From Flavobacteriaceae bacterium (GTDB lineage Bacteria > Bacteroidota > Bacteroidia > Flavobacteriales > Flavobacteriaceae), in NCBI GenBank assembly GCA_047614245.1, contig JBLHIC010000001.1, positions 33,784-97,783 of the forward strand: 64,000 bases of DNA, in the 5' to 3' direction. Under the pieces are notes generated by a model. The model did not search any database. It was not told the origin of the DNA and saw only the letters and a program-made list of their open reading frames with translations. Position numbers and translations under genes: made by a program. Position 1 is the first letter of the stretch. Each line of letters begins with the position of its first letter. Below are positions 10,695 through 21,113 of this stretch, in pieces.

Positions 10695-11660
10695 ATGGTA
10701 ATAGTATATACAGAATCTGAAGAAGGAAAGTTTAAAAAAATCGCGCTAGAAGCCGTTTCCTATGCCAAAGGGATTGCAGACATGATAGGCACTACTGTAA
10801 CAGCCGTTTCGATAAATGGAGGTAGCGCAGATGAATTAGGAAGTTATGGCGCATCGAAAGTCCTTGAAGTTACAGACGATTCTTTACAGGGTTTTAATGC
10901 CGAAGCTTATGCTGATGTTATCTCACAAGCTGCTAAAAAAGAAGGAGCCTCTGTTGTTGTCTTAACATCCAGTGCAAATAGTAAATTTATGGCACCTTTG
11001 GTGTCTGTAAATCTGGAGGCCGGTTTTGTCGCTAATGTAACTCAGCTACCAACTAGCGTATCTCCTTTTCAGGTAAAACACAGCGTATTCACAAACAAAG
11101 CATTTTCGTTTACCGAAATCACTACTGAAACTAAGGTGATAGGCTTAGCTAAAAATGCCTATGGCCTAAAAGAAAATTCGGTAGATGTGACATCAGAAGG
11201 TTTTTCACCCGAATTAAATCCACACGATTTTGACATGAAGGTTGTTTCGGTGGACAAAGCAACAGATAGAGTAACAATTGCAGATGCGGAAATTGTTGTT
11301 TCTGCAGGACGCGGATTGAAAGGTCCGGAAAACTGGGGAATGATCGAAGAGCTTGCTGAAATCTTGGGAGCTGCGACTGCCTGCTCTAAACCAGTGAGTG
11401 ACTTGGGCTGGAGACCACATGGTGAACATGTAGGTCAAACTGGAAAACCTGTCGCGTCAAATTTATACATAGCAATAGGTATATCTGGAGCTATTCAACA
11501 CTTAGCAGGAATCAACTCATCTAAGGTTAAGGTTGTTATTAATAGTGACCCTGAAGCGCCTTTCTTTAAAGCTGCCGACTACGGTATCGTTGGTGACGCG
11601 TTCGAAGTAATACCACAATTGAACGAAAAATTAAAAGCCTTTAAGGCGCAAAACGCATAA
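10695..11660 (+). CDS. etfA: Electron transfer flavoprotein alpha subunit
   Basis: VVSAGRG, VGQTGK and GISGAIQHLAG motifs. Confidence 0.95.
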   Translation: MVIVYTESEEGKFKKIALEAVSYAKGIADMIGTTVTAVSINGGSADELGSYGASKVLEVTDDSLQGFNAEAYADVISQAAKKEGASVVVLTSSANSKFMAPLVSVNLEAGFVANVTQLPTSVSPFQVKHSVFTNKAFSFTEITTETKVIGLAKNAYGLKENSVDVTSEGFSPELNPHDFDMKVVSVDKATDRVTIADAEIVVSAGRGLKGPENWGMIEELAEILGAATACSKPVSDLGWRPHGEHVGQTGKPVASNLYIAIGISGAIQHLAGINSSKVKVVINSDPEAPFFKAADYGIVGDAFEVIPQLNEKLKAFKAQNA

Positions 11661-11744
11661 ATTTTTATTACTTTGTGCCTTATAAAAGAGGACTGTTTTA
11701 ATATGGACTCGTCCTAATTTTAACAGCCTTTTTTATTCTTATTT

Positions 11745-12371
11745 ATGAGCTTAGTTAGACTTAACATTAAAGGCATATCCTACAGCCAGACACAAAACGG
11801 AGCCTATGCTCTTATTTTGAGCGAAGTTGGTGGAAATCGCAAATTACCTATCGTTATAGGTGCCTTTGAGGCACAATCAATTGCTATTGCACTTGAAAAG
11901 GAAATCAAACCCCCAAGACCACTAACCCACGATCTATTTAAAAATTTTGCAGATCGGTTTGAAATAGTGGTCAATCAAGTTATTATTCACAAATTAGTTG
12001 ATGGAGTTTTTTATTCTAGCATTATTTGTGAACGTGATAAGATTGAAGAAATCATTGACGCTCGGACTAGTGATGCTATTGCATTAGCATTGCGATTTAA
12101 GGCGCCAATCTTTACGTATAAGAATATTTTAGACAAGGCAGGAATTTTTCTAAAAACACCGCCTAAAAAAAGCAAACAGAATATTTCAGACGATGAAGAT
12201 TTAGTAATTGAAGAACTAATTGTAGGAACTGACAAAGAATCTATTAAATCCAGCGGTAAGAATTATAGCAAACATACTTTGAAAGAATTGAATGAAATAC
12301 TAGACAAGGCAGTTGCAAACGAAGATTATGAAACTGCCGCTAGAATTCGAGACGAAATTTCGAAAAGATAA
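11745..12371 (+). CDS. Bifunctional nuclease family protein (DUF151) with C-terminal UVR domain
   Basis: LPIVIGAFEA, RPLTHDL and DARTSDAIALA motifs; AVANEDYETAARIRDEI UVR motif. Confidence 0.9.
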   Translation: MSLVRLNIKGISYSQTQNGAYALILSEVGGNRKLPIVIGAFEAQSIAIALEKEIKPPRPLTHDLFKNFADRFEIVVNQVIIHKLVDGVFYSSIICERDKIEEIIDARTSDAIALALRFKAPIFTYKNILDKAGIFLKTPPKKSKQNISDDEDLVIEELIVGTDKESIKSSGKNYSKHTLKELNEILDKAVANEDYETAARIRDEISKR

Positions 12372-12430
12372 TACATCTTTCCATTAAAATTGGATCTGTG
12401 AGTCTAAAGTAAGTAATACTACCCTTATTT

Positions 12431-14191
12431 ATGAAGAAAATTCTATTAGTATTCTTAGCGTTAATTTTCTTCGGAAGTAATTTTGCACAATCTATAGAGA
12501 AAGACTGGAAATTCAGTTCAATAGAGAATGATTCTGGAGAAGCTCTCTTTCCTATTAATTCAGAAAATGATTTTCTTACATTAAGCAATGGTTCTTTTGA
12601 ATATACATTAGAAGCCAAGAATAATCTTAAGGCCAGCGGAGATTATATTTCTCAGAATAACCTTCTAATTCTCTTTTATAGTAAGCCAAACGACACTATT
12701 CGTAAATATCGAGTTTCCGAAGTAACCGATAGCACATTAGTTTTATCTGAAAACAACATACACTATAAGTTCACAAAAGCATCCAAAGTCCAACAGTTGG
12801 CTTCATCTACGGAAAATGATGAACTTAATGGTATTGTTCCTGTACAAGGGTTTTCTATGAATAGTCTATGGAGAGGTGTTTTAGGAATGCTGTCTTTACT
12901 TTTTATTGCTTTTTTGTTTAGTTCTAACCGCAAAGCCATAAACTGGCGAACTGTGGGGATTGGTCTTTCATTACAAATGGTCATAGCCATTGGGGTTTTA
13001 AAAATTCCCTTTATCCAAAGTATTTTTGAAGCCATAGGAAGAGTTTTTATTGAAATTCTAGAATATACTCGTGCCGGAAGTAAATTCCTTTTCGAAGGGC
13101 TTGTGGTTGATATGAACACATTTGGGTTTATATTTGCATTTCAGGTTCTCCCTACAATAATCTTCTTCTCCGCACTTACGTCTGTTTTGTTCTACTTGGG
13201 CATCATTCAGAAAGTAGTGAAAGCTTTAGGATGGCTGTTATCAAAGGCTTTAAGAATATCTGGAGCTGAAAGTTTAAGTGTTGCAGGAAATATCTTTTTG
13301 GGTCAAACGGAAGCACCACTTTTAATTAAAGCGTATCTGGAAAAAATGACCAAGTCTGAAATGCTTTTGGTTATGATAGGCGGCATGGCGACCGTGGCAG
13401 GAGCCGTTCTAGCAGCCTATATCGGATTTCTTGGCGGAGATGACCCGGTTCTAAGATTAATGTTTGCTAAGCATTTATTAGCTGCTTCCGTAATGGCGGC
13501 TCCTGGAGCTATTGTAATTTCAAAAATATTATATCCTGAAACCGAAAAGATCAATACTGATGTTCAAGTATCTTCAGAGAAAATAGGGTCAAACATCCTT
13601 GACGCGATATCAAACGGAACCACTGAAGGGCTTAAGTTGGCCGTTAATGTTGGCGCGATGCTTTTGGTTTTTGTTGCAATGATAGCAATGGTTAATGGCG
13701 GTTTCGACTTAATAGCTAGCTTCGACGGCATACGTATTAAAATGATTAATTTGAATTGGCATTTTACTTCTCTCAATGAATTAATTGCAGCTAACACTTC
13801 TTATGATAGGCTATCTTTAGAGTTCATTCTTGGACATTTATTTGCGCCCCTGATGTGGCTTGTAGGAGTAGCTAAAGAGGATATGATGATGATGGGCCAA
13901 TTACTAGGAATAAAACTTGCAGCGAGTGAATTTGTAGGCTACATTCAGCTAGCCGATTTAAAAAATGTATCGAATGCTGCACATTTGAAATACGACAAAT
14001 CGATAATAATGGCAACCTATATGCTCTGTGGGTTTGCTAATTTCGCTTCTATCGGGATACAAATTGGAGGTATTGGATCTCTAGCCCCTGGACAGAGAAA
14101 GATATTGTCCAAATTCGGGATGAAAGCACTTCTTGGTGGAACCATAGCGTCCCTAATTTCTGCTGCAATTGCAGGAATGATTATTGGCTAA
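12431..14191 (+). CDS. nupC: NupC/CNT family nucleoside transporter with extra N-terminal exported domain
   Basis: FAFQVLPTIIFFSAL, NIFLGQTEAP and GFANFASIGIQIGG motifs; ~140-aa N-terminal extension with signal peptide. Confidence 0.9.
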   Translation: MKKILLVFLALIFFGSNFAQSIEKDWKFSSIENDSGEALFPINSENDFLTLSNGSFEYTLEAKNNLKASGDYISQNNLLILFYSKPNDTIRKYRVSEVTDSTLVLSENNIHYKFTKASKVQQLASSTENDELNGIVPVQGFSMNSLWRGVLGMLSLLFIAFLFSSNRKAINWRTVGIGLSLQMVIAIGVLKIPFIQSIFEAIGRVFIEILEYTRAGSKFLFEGLVVDMNTFGFIFAFQVLPTIIFFSALTSVLFYLGIIQKVVKALGWLLSKALRISGAESLSVAGNIFLGQTEAPLLIKAYLEKMTKSEMLLVMIGGMATVAGAVLAAYIGFLGGDDPVLRLMFAKHLLAASVMAAPGAIVISKILYPETEKINTDVQVSSEKIGSNILDAISNGTTEGLKLAVNVGAMLLVFVAMIAMVNGGFDLIASFDGIRIKMINLNWHFTSLNELIAANTSYDRLSLEFILGHLFAPLMWLVGVAKEDMMMMGQLLGIKLAASEFVGYIQLADLKNVSNAAHLKYDKSIIMATYMLCGFANFASIGIQIGGIGSLAPGQRKILSKFGMKALLGGTIASLISAAIAGMIIG

Positions 14192-14278
14192 TAGTTAATA
14201 ACTTATTCAAAAAGGCAACAGTTTGTATTTCAATAATAGCCTGTGTTTTTTTACTTTTATGGCCATAAGAAATCACCG

Positions 14279-15103
14279 ATGAAACAATACTTAGACCTTG
14301 TAAAACATGTAATAGAAAATGGAGCTGAAAAGCACGATCGCACTGGCACTGGTACCAAAAGTGTGTTTGGGTATCAAATGCGTTTCGACTTGAGCGAAGG
14401 GTTTCCTATGGTTACCACTAAAAAGGTACATCTGAAATCGATGATATATGAGTTGCTTTGGTTTTTAAAAGGCGACACTAATATTAATTACCTTAAAGAA
14501 AACGGGGTTCGTATTTGGAATGAATGGGCAGATGAGAATGGAGATTTAGGACCTGTATATGGTCATCAGTGGCGGAATTGGAATAGTGAGGAAATTGATC
14601 AGATTTCTGATATTATTGAAACTTTAAAAAGTAATCCCGATAGTCGTCGTATGTTGGTGAGTGCATGGAACCCAAGTGTCCTACCTGATACATCTAAATC
14701 TTTTGATGAAAACGTCTCAAATGGAAAAGCGGCGCTTCCACCCTGTCATGCTTTCTTTCAGTTTTATGTTGCAAATGGTAAATTATCATGCCAGCTTTAT
14801 CAGCGAAGTGCCGATATTTTTTTAGGAGTGCCATTTAATATTGGCTCTTATGCCTTATTAACTATGATGATGGCCCAAGTTTGCGGTTATGAGGCAGGAG
14901 ACTTCATTCACACCTTTGGTGACGCCCATATTTACAGCAATCATAAAGAACAAATTGAACTGCAACTATCAAGAAACCCGAGACCCTTGCCTAAAATGTT
15001 GCTAAATCCAGATGTAAAAGATATATTTGGCTTCAAATTTGAAGACTTTACACTCACAGATTATAATCCCCACCCACACATCAAAGGTGCTGTGGCCATC
15101 TAA
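14279..15103 (+). CDS. thyA: Thymidylate synthase
   Basis: MKQYLDL start, DRTGTGT, ALPPCH and [14 protein letters not shown] motifs. Confidence 0.97.
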   Translation: MKQYLDLVKHVIENGAEKHDRTGTGTKSVFGYQMRFDLSEGFPMVTTKKVHLKSMIYELLWFLKGDTNINYLKENGVRIWNEWADENGDLGPVYGHQWRNWNSEEIDQISDIIETLKSNPDSRRMLVSAWNPSVLPDTSKSFDENVSNGKAALPPCHAFFQFYVANGKLSCQLYQRSADIFLGVPFNIGSYALLTMMMAQVCGYEAGDFIHTFGDAHIYSNHKEQIELQLSRNPRPLPKMLLNPDVKDIFGFKFEDFTLTDYNPHPHIKGAVAI

Positions 15104-15119
15104 TTTTTAAAACCTACTT

Positions 15120-15551
15120 ATGAAAATTTCACTCATTATTTTATGCCTGCTAATTTCTACAACAATCTTTGCACAAGAGGATTGGGGTAGTTTAAATAAA
15201 AATAAACTTACCCTTAAAGAAATAGCTCCAATATGGCCCGGTTGTGAAGCTGGCGAGTCAGCGAAAAGAGATGCATGTTTTGATAAAATGTTAGTGAAAC
15301 ACGTTGGAAAAAATTTTAAATACCCAGCCGAAGAGTACAAAAAAAACATCCAGGGTAAAGTCGTTGTTAAGTTTATTATAAATACCAAAGGTTTAGTAGA
15401 AATCAAATCTGCTATTGGAGGGAATAAAGGCTTGCAGGAAGCTGCTAAAAAAAACATCTTATCAATTCCAAAAATGAAACCAGGTATGTATGCAGGCAAA
15501 CCATCTGCTGTAGCCTATACTGTACCGTTTAATTTTAAAACTGGAAAGTAA
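15120..15551 (+). CDS. Exported TonB C-terminal domain protein
   Basis: Signal peptide; PIWPGC, FKYP, IQGKVVVKFII and MKPG...VAYTVPFNF TonB_C pattern. Confidence 0.85.
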   Translation: MKISLIILCLLISTTIFAQEDWGSLNKNKLTLKEIAPIWPGCEAGESAKRDACFDKMLVKHVGKNFKYPAEEYKKNIQGKVVVKFIINTKGLVEIKSAIGGNKGLQEAAKKNILSIPKMKPGMYAGKPSAVAYTVPFNFKTGK

Positions 15552-15612
15552 CTTCAAAATTCTAAAACTGCTCAAAACTATAAAGAGCCTTTATAAAAGT
15601 TGGTCTTGACAT

Positions 15613-15678
15613 CTGATCCAGCTCAGTCGAGAACTACAGCTCCTGGCCATCAATAAGGTCTCGACTGCGATCGACCAG
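15613..15678. repeat. Degenerate REP-like inverted repeat pair
   Basis: CTGATCCAGCTCAGTCGAGAAC (15613-15634) pairs at 17/22 positions with GGTCTCGACTGCGATCGACCAG (15657-15678); GC-rich hairpin between convergent genes. Confidence 0.6.
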
Positions 15679-15715
15679 TCAAATTTTCACATTTTAGACA
15701 GCTCCTTTATTATAT

Positions 15716-16801
15716 TTATTCATTAGCATTAATCACCTCAATTAACTTGTCTAAATCTTCCAGTGAATTATAAAAGTGGAAGCTGACACGAATTCCATTT
15801 CCACGTTGCGAGCATATAATATTGCTCTCTTTAAATTTCTGAAACAATCCATTCTTCGCTCTAAGATTGAAAATCGAAGAATGTTGCTCTCTTTTTATCA
15901 CAGCTTCGTCTAATAAATCCAATTCTTCAAATCGTTTCTTAGCCTCTCTTCCTAGAAGATTAATTTTTTCCTCAATAACATTCATTCCTATTCTTTCTAG
16001 TAACTCTAGTGATTTCTGAAGGCTCCCATAATTTAATGTATCCTGATGCCCGGGCTCAAACCTTTTAACAAAAGTTATATCATCCCGTCTGCTAAACACC
16101 GCGTCACTTGAATTAAACCCAATTACTTTTGGCGATATTTTTTTCTGAGTACCCTCTTTAACTATTATAATCGCATTTCCATAACCAGCTAGCAACCATT
16201 TATAACAACTCGCAATTAAAACGTCTAGGCCACTTTCCGAAAAATTAAAATCGGATGTCCCTAAAAATTGAGTCCCATCAGCTATAATAATAAGGTTTGG
16301 ATGATATGCTTTTAATCTTTTAACAAACGCTAAATCAATTTTTATTCCAGTAATATATTGCACTAAACTAAAGGCTATAACATCCGGTTGCTGTTCCTGG
16401 ATAGCTGTCTCAATATTTTCTTCTAAATTCTGATTGACATCTGCATAACAAACATCAAAATCCCGATTCTCGACTGCCCAGTTTATGGAAGGATAATCAG
16501 ATTTCAGCAACAGGACTTTCAGGTTAGGTGTTAAACCATCCAGTAAGCTGTTAAATCCGAAAGAAAAATTAGGAATTAAACCTACCTCATTTTCAGAAGC
16601 TTTAAAAAAATTCGCCACAGTAGTGCGTATACTTTCAATATGAAGTTTATGTAGATCACGGAAAACACTCCCTTCTTGGAGAAGATTTGTATCTTGTTCG
16701 TGTCTCCAAGCTACAAGTGATCGAGAAATTAAACCACAGGAAGCTGCATTTAAGTAGGTATAACGCTCTAAAACCGGGAATTCCTTTTTAAAATCTATCA
16801 T
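15716..16801 (-). CDS. Class V PLP-dependent aminotransferase
   Basis: YLNAASCG, DGTQ, SCYKWLLAGYG (PLP lysine) and IRVSFHFYN motifs. Confidence 0.9.
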   Translation of the reverse strand: MIDFKKEFPVLERYTYLNAASCGLISRSLVAWRHEQDTNLLQEGSVFRDLHKLHIESIRTTVANFFKASENEVGLIPNFSFGFNSLLDGLTPNLKVLLLKSDYPSINWAVENRDFDVCYADVNQNLEENIETAIQEQQPDVIAFSLVQYITGIKIDLAFVKRLKAYHPNLIIIADGTQFLGTSDFNFSESGLDVLIASCYKWLLAGYGNAIIIVKEGTQKKISPKVIGFNSSDAVFSRRDDITFVKRFEPGHQDTLNYGSLQKSLELLERIGMNVIEEKINLLGREAKKRFEELDLLDEAVIKREQHSSIFNLRAKNGLFQKFKESNIICSQRGNGIRVSFHFYNSLEDLDKLIEVINANE

Positions 16802-16861
16802 ATAATGGAGGGGATAATTGAAAATTAGGTAATTTTACATCTCAGATAAAAGTAACTAACA

Positions 16862-17764
16862 ATGTTTTCAAGAACAAAAAAAATAGAAAAAATTGACACA
16901 GAGCAACGTGAACAATTTGAATATGCTCTTGCTCGCATTAAGCAGAAGCAAAAGTTGATGCGACATTTTATTGTTTTTCTGGTTGGATCTATTTTTCTAG
17001 TTATTATCAATCCTATATTAGGCTATGGAGATGATTTCTTTATCAAAAATTGGTTTATTTGGGCTCTTCTCATATGGGCATTTCTATTTTTGATCCATTT
17101 TTTTAATGTATTTATAATGAATACTTTTATGAGTAAAGAATGGGAACATAAACAACTATCAAAGTTAAAGGCAAAACAAGAAAAAAGGGTTCTGGAACTC
17201 CAAATACAAGTGGAAAAAGAGATTCCGATTCCAAATGAAAAACAAAATCAGATTTTAAGAAGCAAATCACAGGAAGATAAGACAATTACGATGATCGCGG
17301 CAGCAGGAGCCAATAACGAATTAGGACTTAACAATGACTTGATTTGGCACTTGCCAGATGATTTTAAACGTTTCAAGCAGCTTACAACAGGCCATCACAT
17401 TATTATGGGGCGTAAGACCTTTGAGTCCTTCCCAAAACCACTTCCCAATAGGACACATATAGTAATTACCCGGAATAAGGGCTATGCAAAAGAAGGAGCC
17501 ATTATCGCACACAGCATGGAGGAGGCAATTTCTATAGCAGAAGGCGATATGCAGCCATTTATAATTGGCGGGGGAGAGATCTATAAAATAGGGCTTGAAT
17601 TTGCGCAGAAAATAGAATTGACTAGGGTGCACGGAGCCTTCAAAGCAGATACTTTTTTTCCAGAAATTCCAAGTTCAAAATGGAAACTTGCCTTAGAAGA
17701 TGACCATGACAAGGATGACCGTCACGAATTCGCTTTTAGTTATCAAACATTTTTAAGGAAGTAA
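16862..17764 (+). CDS. folA: Dihydrofolate reductase fused to an N-terminal 2TM domain
   Basis: C-terminal half has LIWHLPDDFKRFK, IMGRKTFES, PLPNR, IIGGGEIY and DTFFP; N-terminal half has two hydrophobic helices. Confidence 0.9.
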   Translation: MFSRTKKIEKIDTEQREQFEYALARIKQKQKLMRHFIVFLVGSIFLVIINPILGYGDDFFIKNWFIWALLIWAFLFLIHFFNVFIMNTFMSKEWEHKQLSKLKAKQEKRVLELQIQVEKEIPIPNEKQNQILRSKSQEDKTITMIAAAGANNELGLNNDLIWHLPDDFKRFKQLTTGHHIIMGRKTFESFPKPLPNRTHIVITRNKGYAKEGAIIAHSMEEAISIAEGDMQPFIIGGGEIYKIGLEFAQKIELTRVHGAFKADTFFPEIPSSKWKLALEDDHDKDDRHEFAFSYQTFLRK

Positions 17765-17820
17765 CTTCTTTTTCGCACGAATTACTTGAAAACTTATTTT
17801 TACACTTTAATACATAATTT

Positions 17821-18702
17821 ATGAATGCATATATATTTCCTGGACAAGGAGCCCAATTTACAGGAATGGGCTTAGATCTTTACGAAGCTTCACAAAAAGC
17901 AAAAGATCTTTTCCACCAAGCTAACGAATTACTCGGTTTTGATATAACCAAAACAATGTTCGAAGGATCTCCAGAGGAGCTTAAGGAAACTAAGATAACC
18001 CAGCCTGCAATATTTTTACATTCTACTATTCTCGCAGAAGTAATGGGGGGTGAATTTAGGCCAGATATGGTTGCAGGGCATTCACTTGGTGAACTATCAG
18101 CCCTAGTTGCTAATAAAGCCCTTGCATTTAGTGATGGCTTGCAATTAGTATATAAACGTGCTTTAGCGATGCAAAAAGCTTGTGAATTAACGCCCTCGAC
18201 TATGGCCGCAGTTTTAAGTTTAGAAGACTCTGTGGTTGAACAAATTTGTGCTGAAACGCCTGGTATTGTCGTTGCAGCCAACTATAACTGTCCCGGACAA
18301 TTGGTTATATCCGGTGAGCTAGAAGCTGTTACTAATGCTTGTCAAGCACTTAAAGAAGCAGGAGCAAGACGTGCATTATTACTTCCTGTTGGCGGGGCTT
18401 TTCATAGCCCATTGATGGAACCTGCACGAGAAGAATTAGCCTCAGCTATAGAAGCAACAATTTTTTCTAGACCAGCGTGTCCTATTTATCAGAATGTGAA
18501 TGCTTCTCCTGTAATTGATCCGTTAGAAATTAAGGCTAATCTTATTTCTCAATTAACCGCACCCGTGAAATGGACCCAGAGTGTGCAAAATATGATTAAA
18601 GATGGTGCAACTCATTTTATTGAAGTTGGACCAGGTAATGTATTACAGGGATTGGTCAAGAAAATTAATCGTGAGATGGAAACTGAAAAAGCCGCTATTT
18701 AA
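17821..18702 (+). CDS. fabD: Malonyl-CoA-ACP transacylase
   Basis: FPGQGAQ, GHSLGE, ANYNCPGQ and GAFHSPLM motifs. Confidence 0.96.
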   Translation: MNAYIFPGQGAQFTGMGLDLYEASQKAKDLFHQANELLGFDITKTMFEGSPEELKETKITQPAIFLHSTILAEVMGGEFRPDMVAGHSLGELSALVANKALAFSDGLQLVYKRALAMQKACELTPSTMAAVLSLEDSVVEQICAETPGIVVAANYNCPGQLVISGELEAVTNACQALKEAGARRALLLPVGGAFHSPLMEPAREELASAIEATIFSRPACPIYQNVNASPVIDPLEIKANLISQLTAPVKWTQSVQNMIKDGATHFIEVGPGNVLQGLVKKINREMETEKAAI

Positions 18703-18704
18703 AA

Positions 18705-19982
18705 TTATAGCTGTTTGCAGATAACTCCTTCTTTCATTACAAATACTACGTTTTCCATAGTATGAATATTTTGAGTTGGGTCATCATCAACGGCAATTAT
18801 ATCGGCTATAAATCCAGGCGCGATTTGACCTAATTCTTTTTCCATATCTAAGACCTTTGCATTGGTAATTGTAGCTGATTGTAATGAAAACATTTCAGAC
18901 CAGCCAGTTTCTACCATATAGCCAAACTCTTTCGCATTCTCCCCGTGAGGAAATACACCAGCATCGGTTCCAAATGCAATATTGACCCCTTCTTTATAAA
19001 CCATAGCAAAGGTGGCGCGAAGCTGAGCATCAATTTCAATAATTTTAGGAATAATAATCTCGGGGTAATAGCCTTTAATCTTTGCTTTTTGAGCAACATA
19101 TCTACCCGCAGAAAGTGTAGGTACCAAGTAGGTGCCATACTCTTTCATAAGAGCAGCCGTCTCTTTATCCATTAACGAGCCGTGTTCGATGGTGGTAACT
19201 CCAGCAATAATAGCGCGCTTCATACCTTCTACTCCATGTGCATGAGCGGCTACACCCATCCCATATTCGCGAGCAGTTTTAACAATTTCATTTACTTCTT
19301 CCTGAGTGAACTGTGGATTGTGCCCATTTTTACTTACACTTAACACACCCCCTGTCGCCGTTATTTTAATCCAATCTGCGCCGTTTTTATAACGTTGTCT
19401 TACCGCTTTACGAGCATCGGCTGGGCTATTTATAACGCCTTCTGCAGGCCCAGGATCTCCCATCAAATCCTTGCGCCAACCATTAGTAGGATCTGCATGA
19501 CCGCCAGTCGTTCCAATAGCTTTTTCAGCAGTAAAAATGCGCGGCCCAATAATTTTTCCTTTCGCGATAGCATTTCGAAGTGACACATTTACCCCACTAC
19601 CGCCCAGATCACGAACTGATGTAAAACCTGCCATCAAAGTACGTTTAGAAATCTCTGCAGCGTTAAATGCAACATCTGCTTCGTTTAATGTAAATTCTTC
19701 TAAATATTGACTCGGACTTGTTTCGCCTTCAATATGCACATGCATATCTATTAATCCCGGAAGTACCGTTTTATTCTTTAAATCTATAACAATATCAACC
19801 TGTTTTGGAGATGAAAACCCATTTTCAACTCTAAGTATTTTTGAACCCGAAACAACGATTGTCTTATTAGAAAGCACTTTTCCTTGCCTAGTGTCTATTA
19901 TCTTTCCACAATGCAATAAAGTCTCCTGCGCTGTTCCTTCAAAGCATAAGGTTACCAATAAAATTAACAGTAATTTTTTCAT
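18705..19982 (-). CDS. Exported metal-dependent amidohydrolase (Xaa-Pro dipeptidase-like)
   Basis: PGLIDMHVH, AAHAHG, TIEHG and FGTDAG motifs; signal peptide. Confidence 0.9.
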   Translation of the reverse strand: MKKLLLILLVTLCFEGTAQETLLHCGKIIDTRQGKVLSNKTIVVSGSKILRVENGFSSPKQVDIVIDLKNKTVLPGLIDMHVHIEGETSPSQYLEEFTLNEADVAFNAAEISKRTLMAGFTSVRDLGGSGVNVSLRNAIAKGKIIGPRIFTAEKAIGTTGGHADPTNGWRKDLMGDPGPAEGVINSPADARKAVRQRYKNGADWIKITATGGVLSVSKNGHNPQFTQEEVNEIVKTAREYGMGVAAHAHGVEGMKRAIIAGVTTIEHGSLMDKETAALMKEYGTYLVPTLSAGRYVAQKAKIKGYYPEIIIPKIIEIDAQLRATFAMVYKEGVNIAFGTDAGVFPHGENAKEFGYMVETGWSEMFSLQSATITNAKVLDMEKELGQIAPGFIADIIAVDDDPTQNIHTMENVVFVMKEGVICKQL

Positions 19983-20050
19983 TTAACAACAGTTTAATTT
20001 AGACTCTCATACCAGCAGTTAATTGATTCAAAACTTAGAAGCCAATTGTA

Positions 20051-21073
20051 CTAATTAATATTTCTAATTTTCTTTTCCCACTTCCACGAGGAAGCCAATG
20101 CTTCTTCCATAGTCTTCTCGGCATGCCACCCTAAAACTTTATTAGCCTTTGTAGTATCTGCAAATACTGAAACCACATCCCCGGGACGCCTGTCAACAAT
20201 TTTATAATTTAATTCTTGATTGGTCACTTTTTCAAATGCATTAATAACCTCTAATACGGAAGAGCCTCTACCTGTGCCCACATTAAAAACCTCCAAATCG
20301 CTCGAATTTTCTTCAGAAAGCAAACGTTTTAAAGCAATAACATGCGCTTTAGCTAGATCCACAACATGAATATAATCCCTAATATTACTGCCATCGGGGG
20401 TTGGATAATCATTTCCAAAAACAAGCAATTGTTCTCTTACTCCTGCCGCAGTTTGAGTAACAAAAGGCACTAGATTTTGAGGCAACCCAACTGGAAGTTC
20501 ACCCAATTCAGCTGTATCGTGGGCGCCAATTGGATTAAAATAACGTAAAGAAATGGCCTGAATATCTGAAACAGAGCAGGTGTCATAAATAATTTCCTCA
20601 CTTATCTGTTTCGTATTTCCATATGGCGACATCGCAGGTTTAATTTGCGCCGATTCTGCGATTGGCAATGAATCTGGCTCTCCATAAACGGTGCATGACG
20701 AGCTAAAAATAAGGTTGTTGATTTTATGATTTTTGCATTCCTGAAGTAAATAGATGAGGGTGCTTACATTATTTTCATAGTAGAGCAAAGGGTTTTCAAC
20801 ACTTTCACCAACCGCCTTACTGGCTGCAAAATGTATGACTCCAGAGATATTATTGTGTCGTTTAAAGAAGTCTGAAACATCAGCTTTTACACGAAGGTCG
20901 AGCTTTTCAAAAGAAGGAGGTGTTTTAGTGATATTAGTTATTCCTTCAAGTGCGTCGAGAGATGAATTCGATAGATTGTCGATTATCACTACTTCGAAAC
21001 CTGAATTCTGAAGTTCGACTACAGTATGAGATCCAATATAACCTAGCCCCCCCGTTACAAGTATTTTTTTCAT
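20051..21073 (-). CDS. galE: UDP-glucose 4-epimerase
   Basis: TGGLGYIGSH, YGNTK, LRYFNPIGAH and RDYIHVVDLA motifs. Confidence 0.95.
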   Translation of the reverse strand: MKKILVTGGLGYIGSHTVVELQNSGFEVVIIDNLSNSSLDALEGITNITKTPPSFEKLDLRVKADVSDFFKRHNNISGVIHFAASKAVGESVENPLLYYENNVSTLIYLLQECKNHKINNLIFSSSCTVYGEPDSLPIAESAQIKPAMSPYGNTKQISEEIIYDTCSVSDIQAISLRYFNPIGAHDTAELGELPVGLPQNLVPFVTQTAAGVREQLLVFGNDYPTPDGSNIRDYIHVVDLAKAHVIALKRLLSEENSSDLEVFNVGTGRGSSVLEVINAFEKVTNQELNYKIVDRRPGDVVSVFADTTKANKVLGWHAEKTMEEALASSWKWEKKIRNIN

Positions 21074-21113
21074 TCTTATTCCTTTAAAAGGACGTAATAT
21101 TTATTAGCACGTC

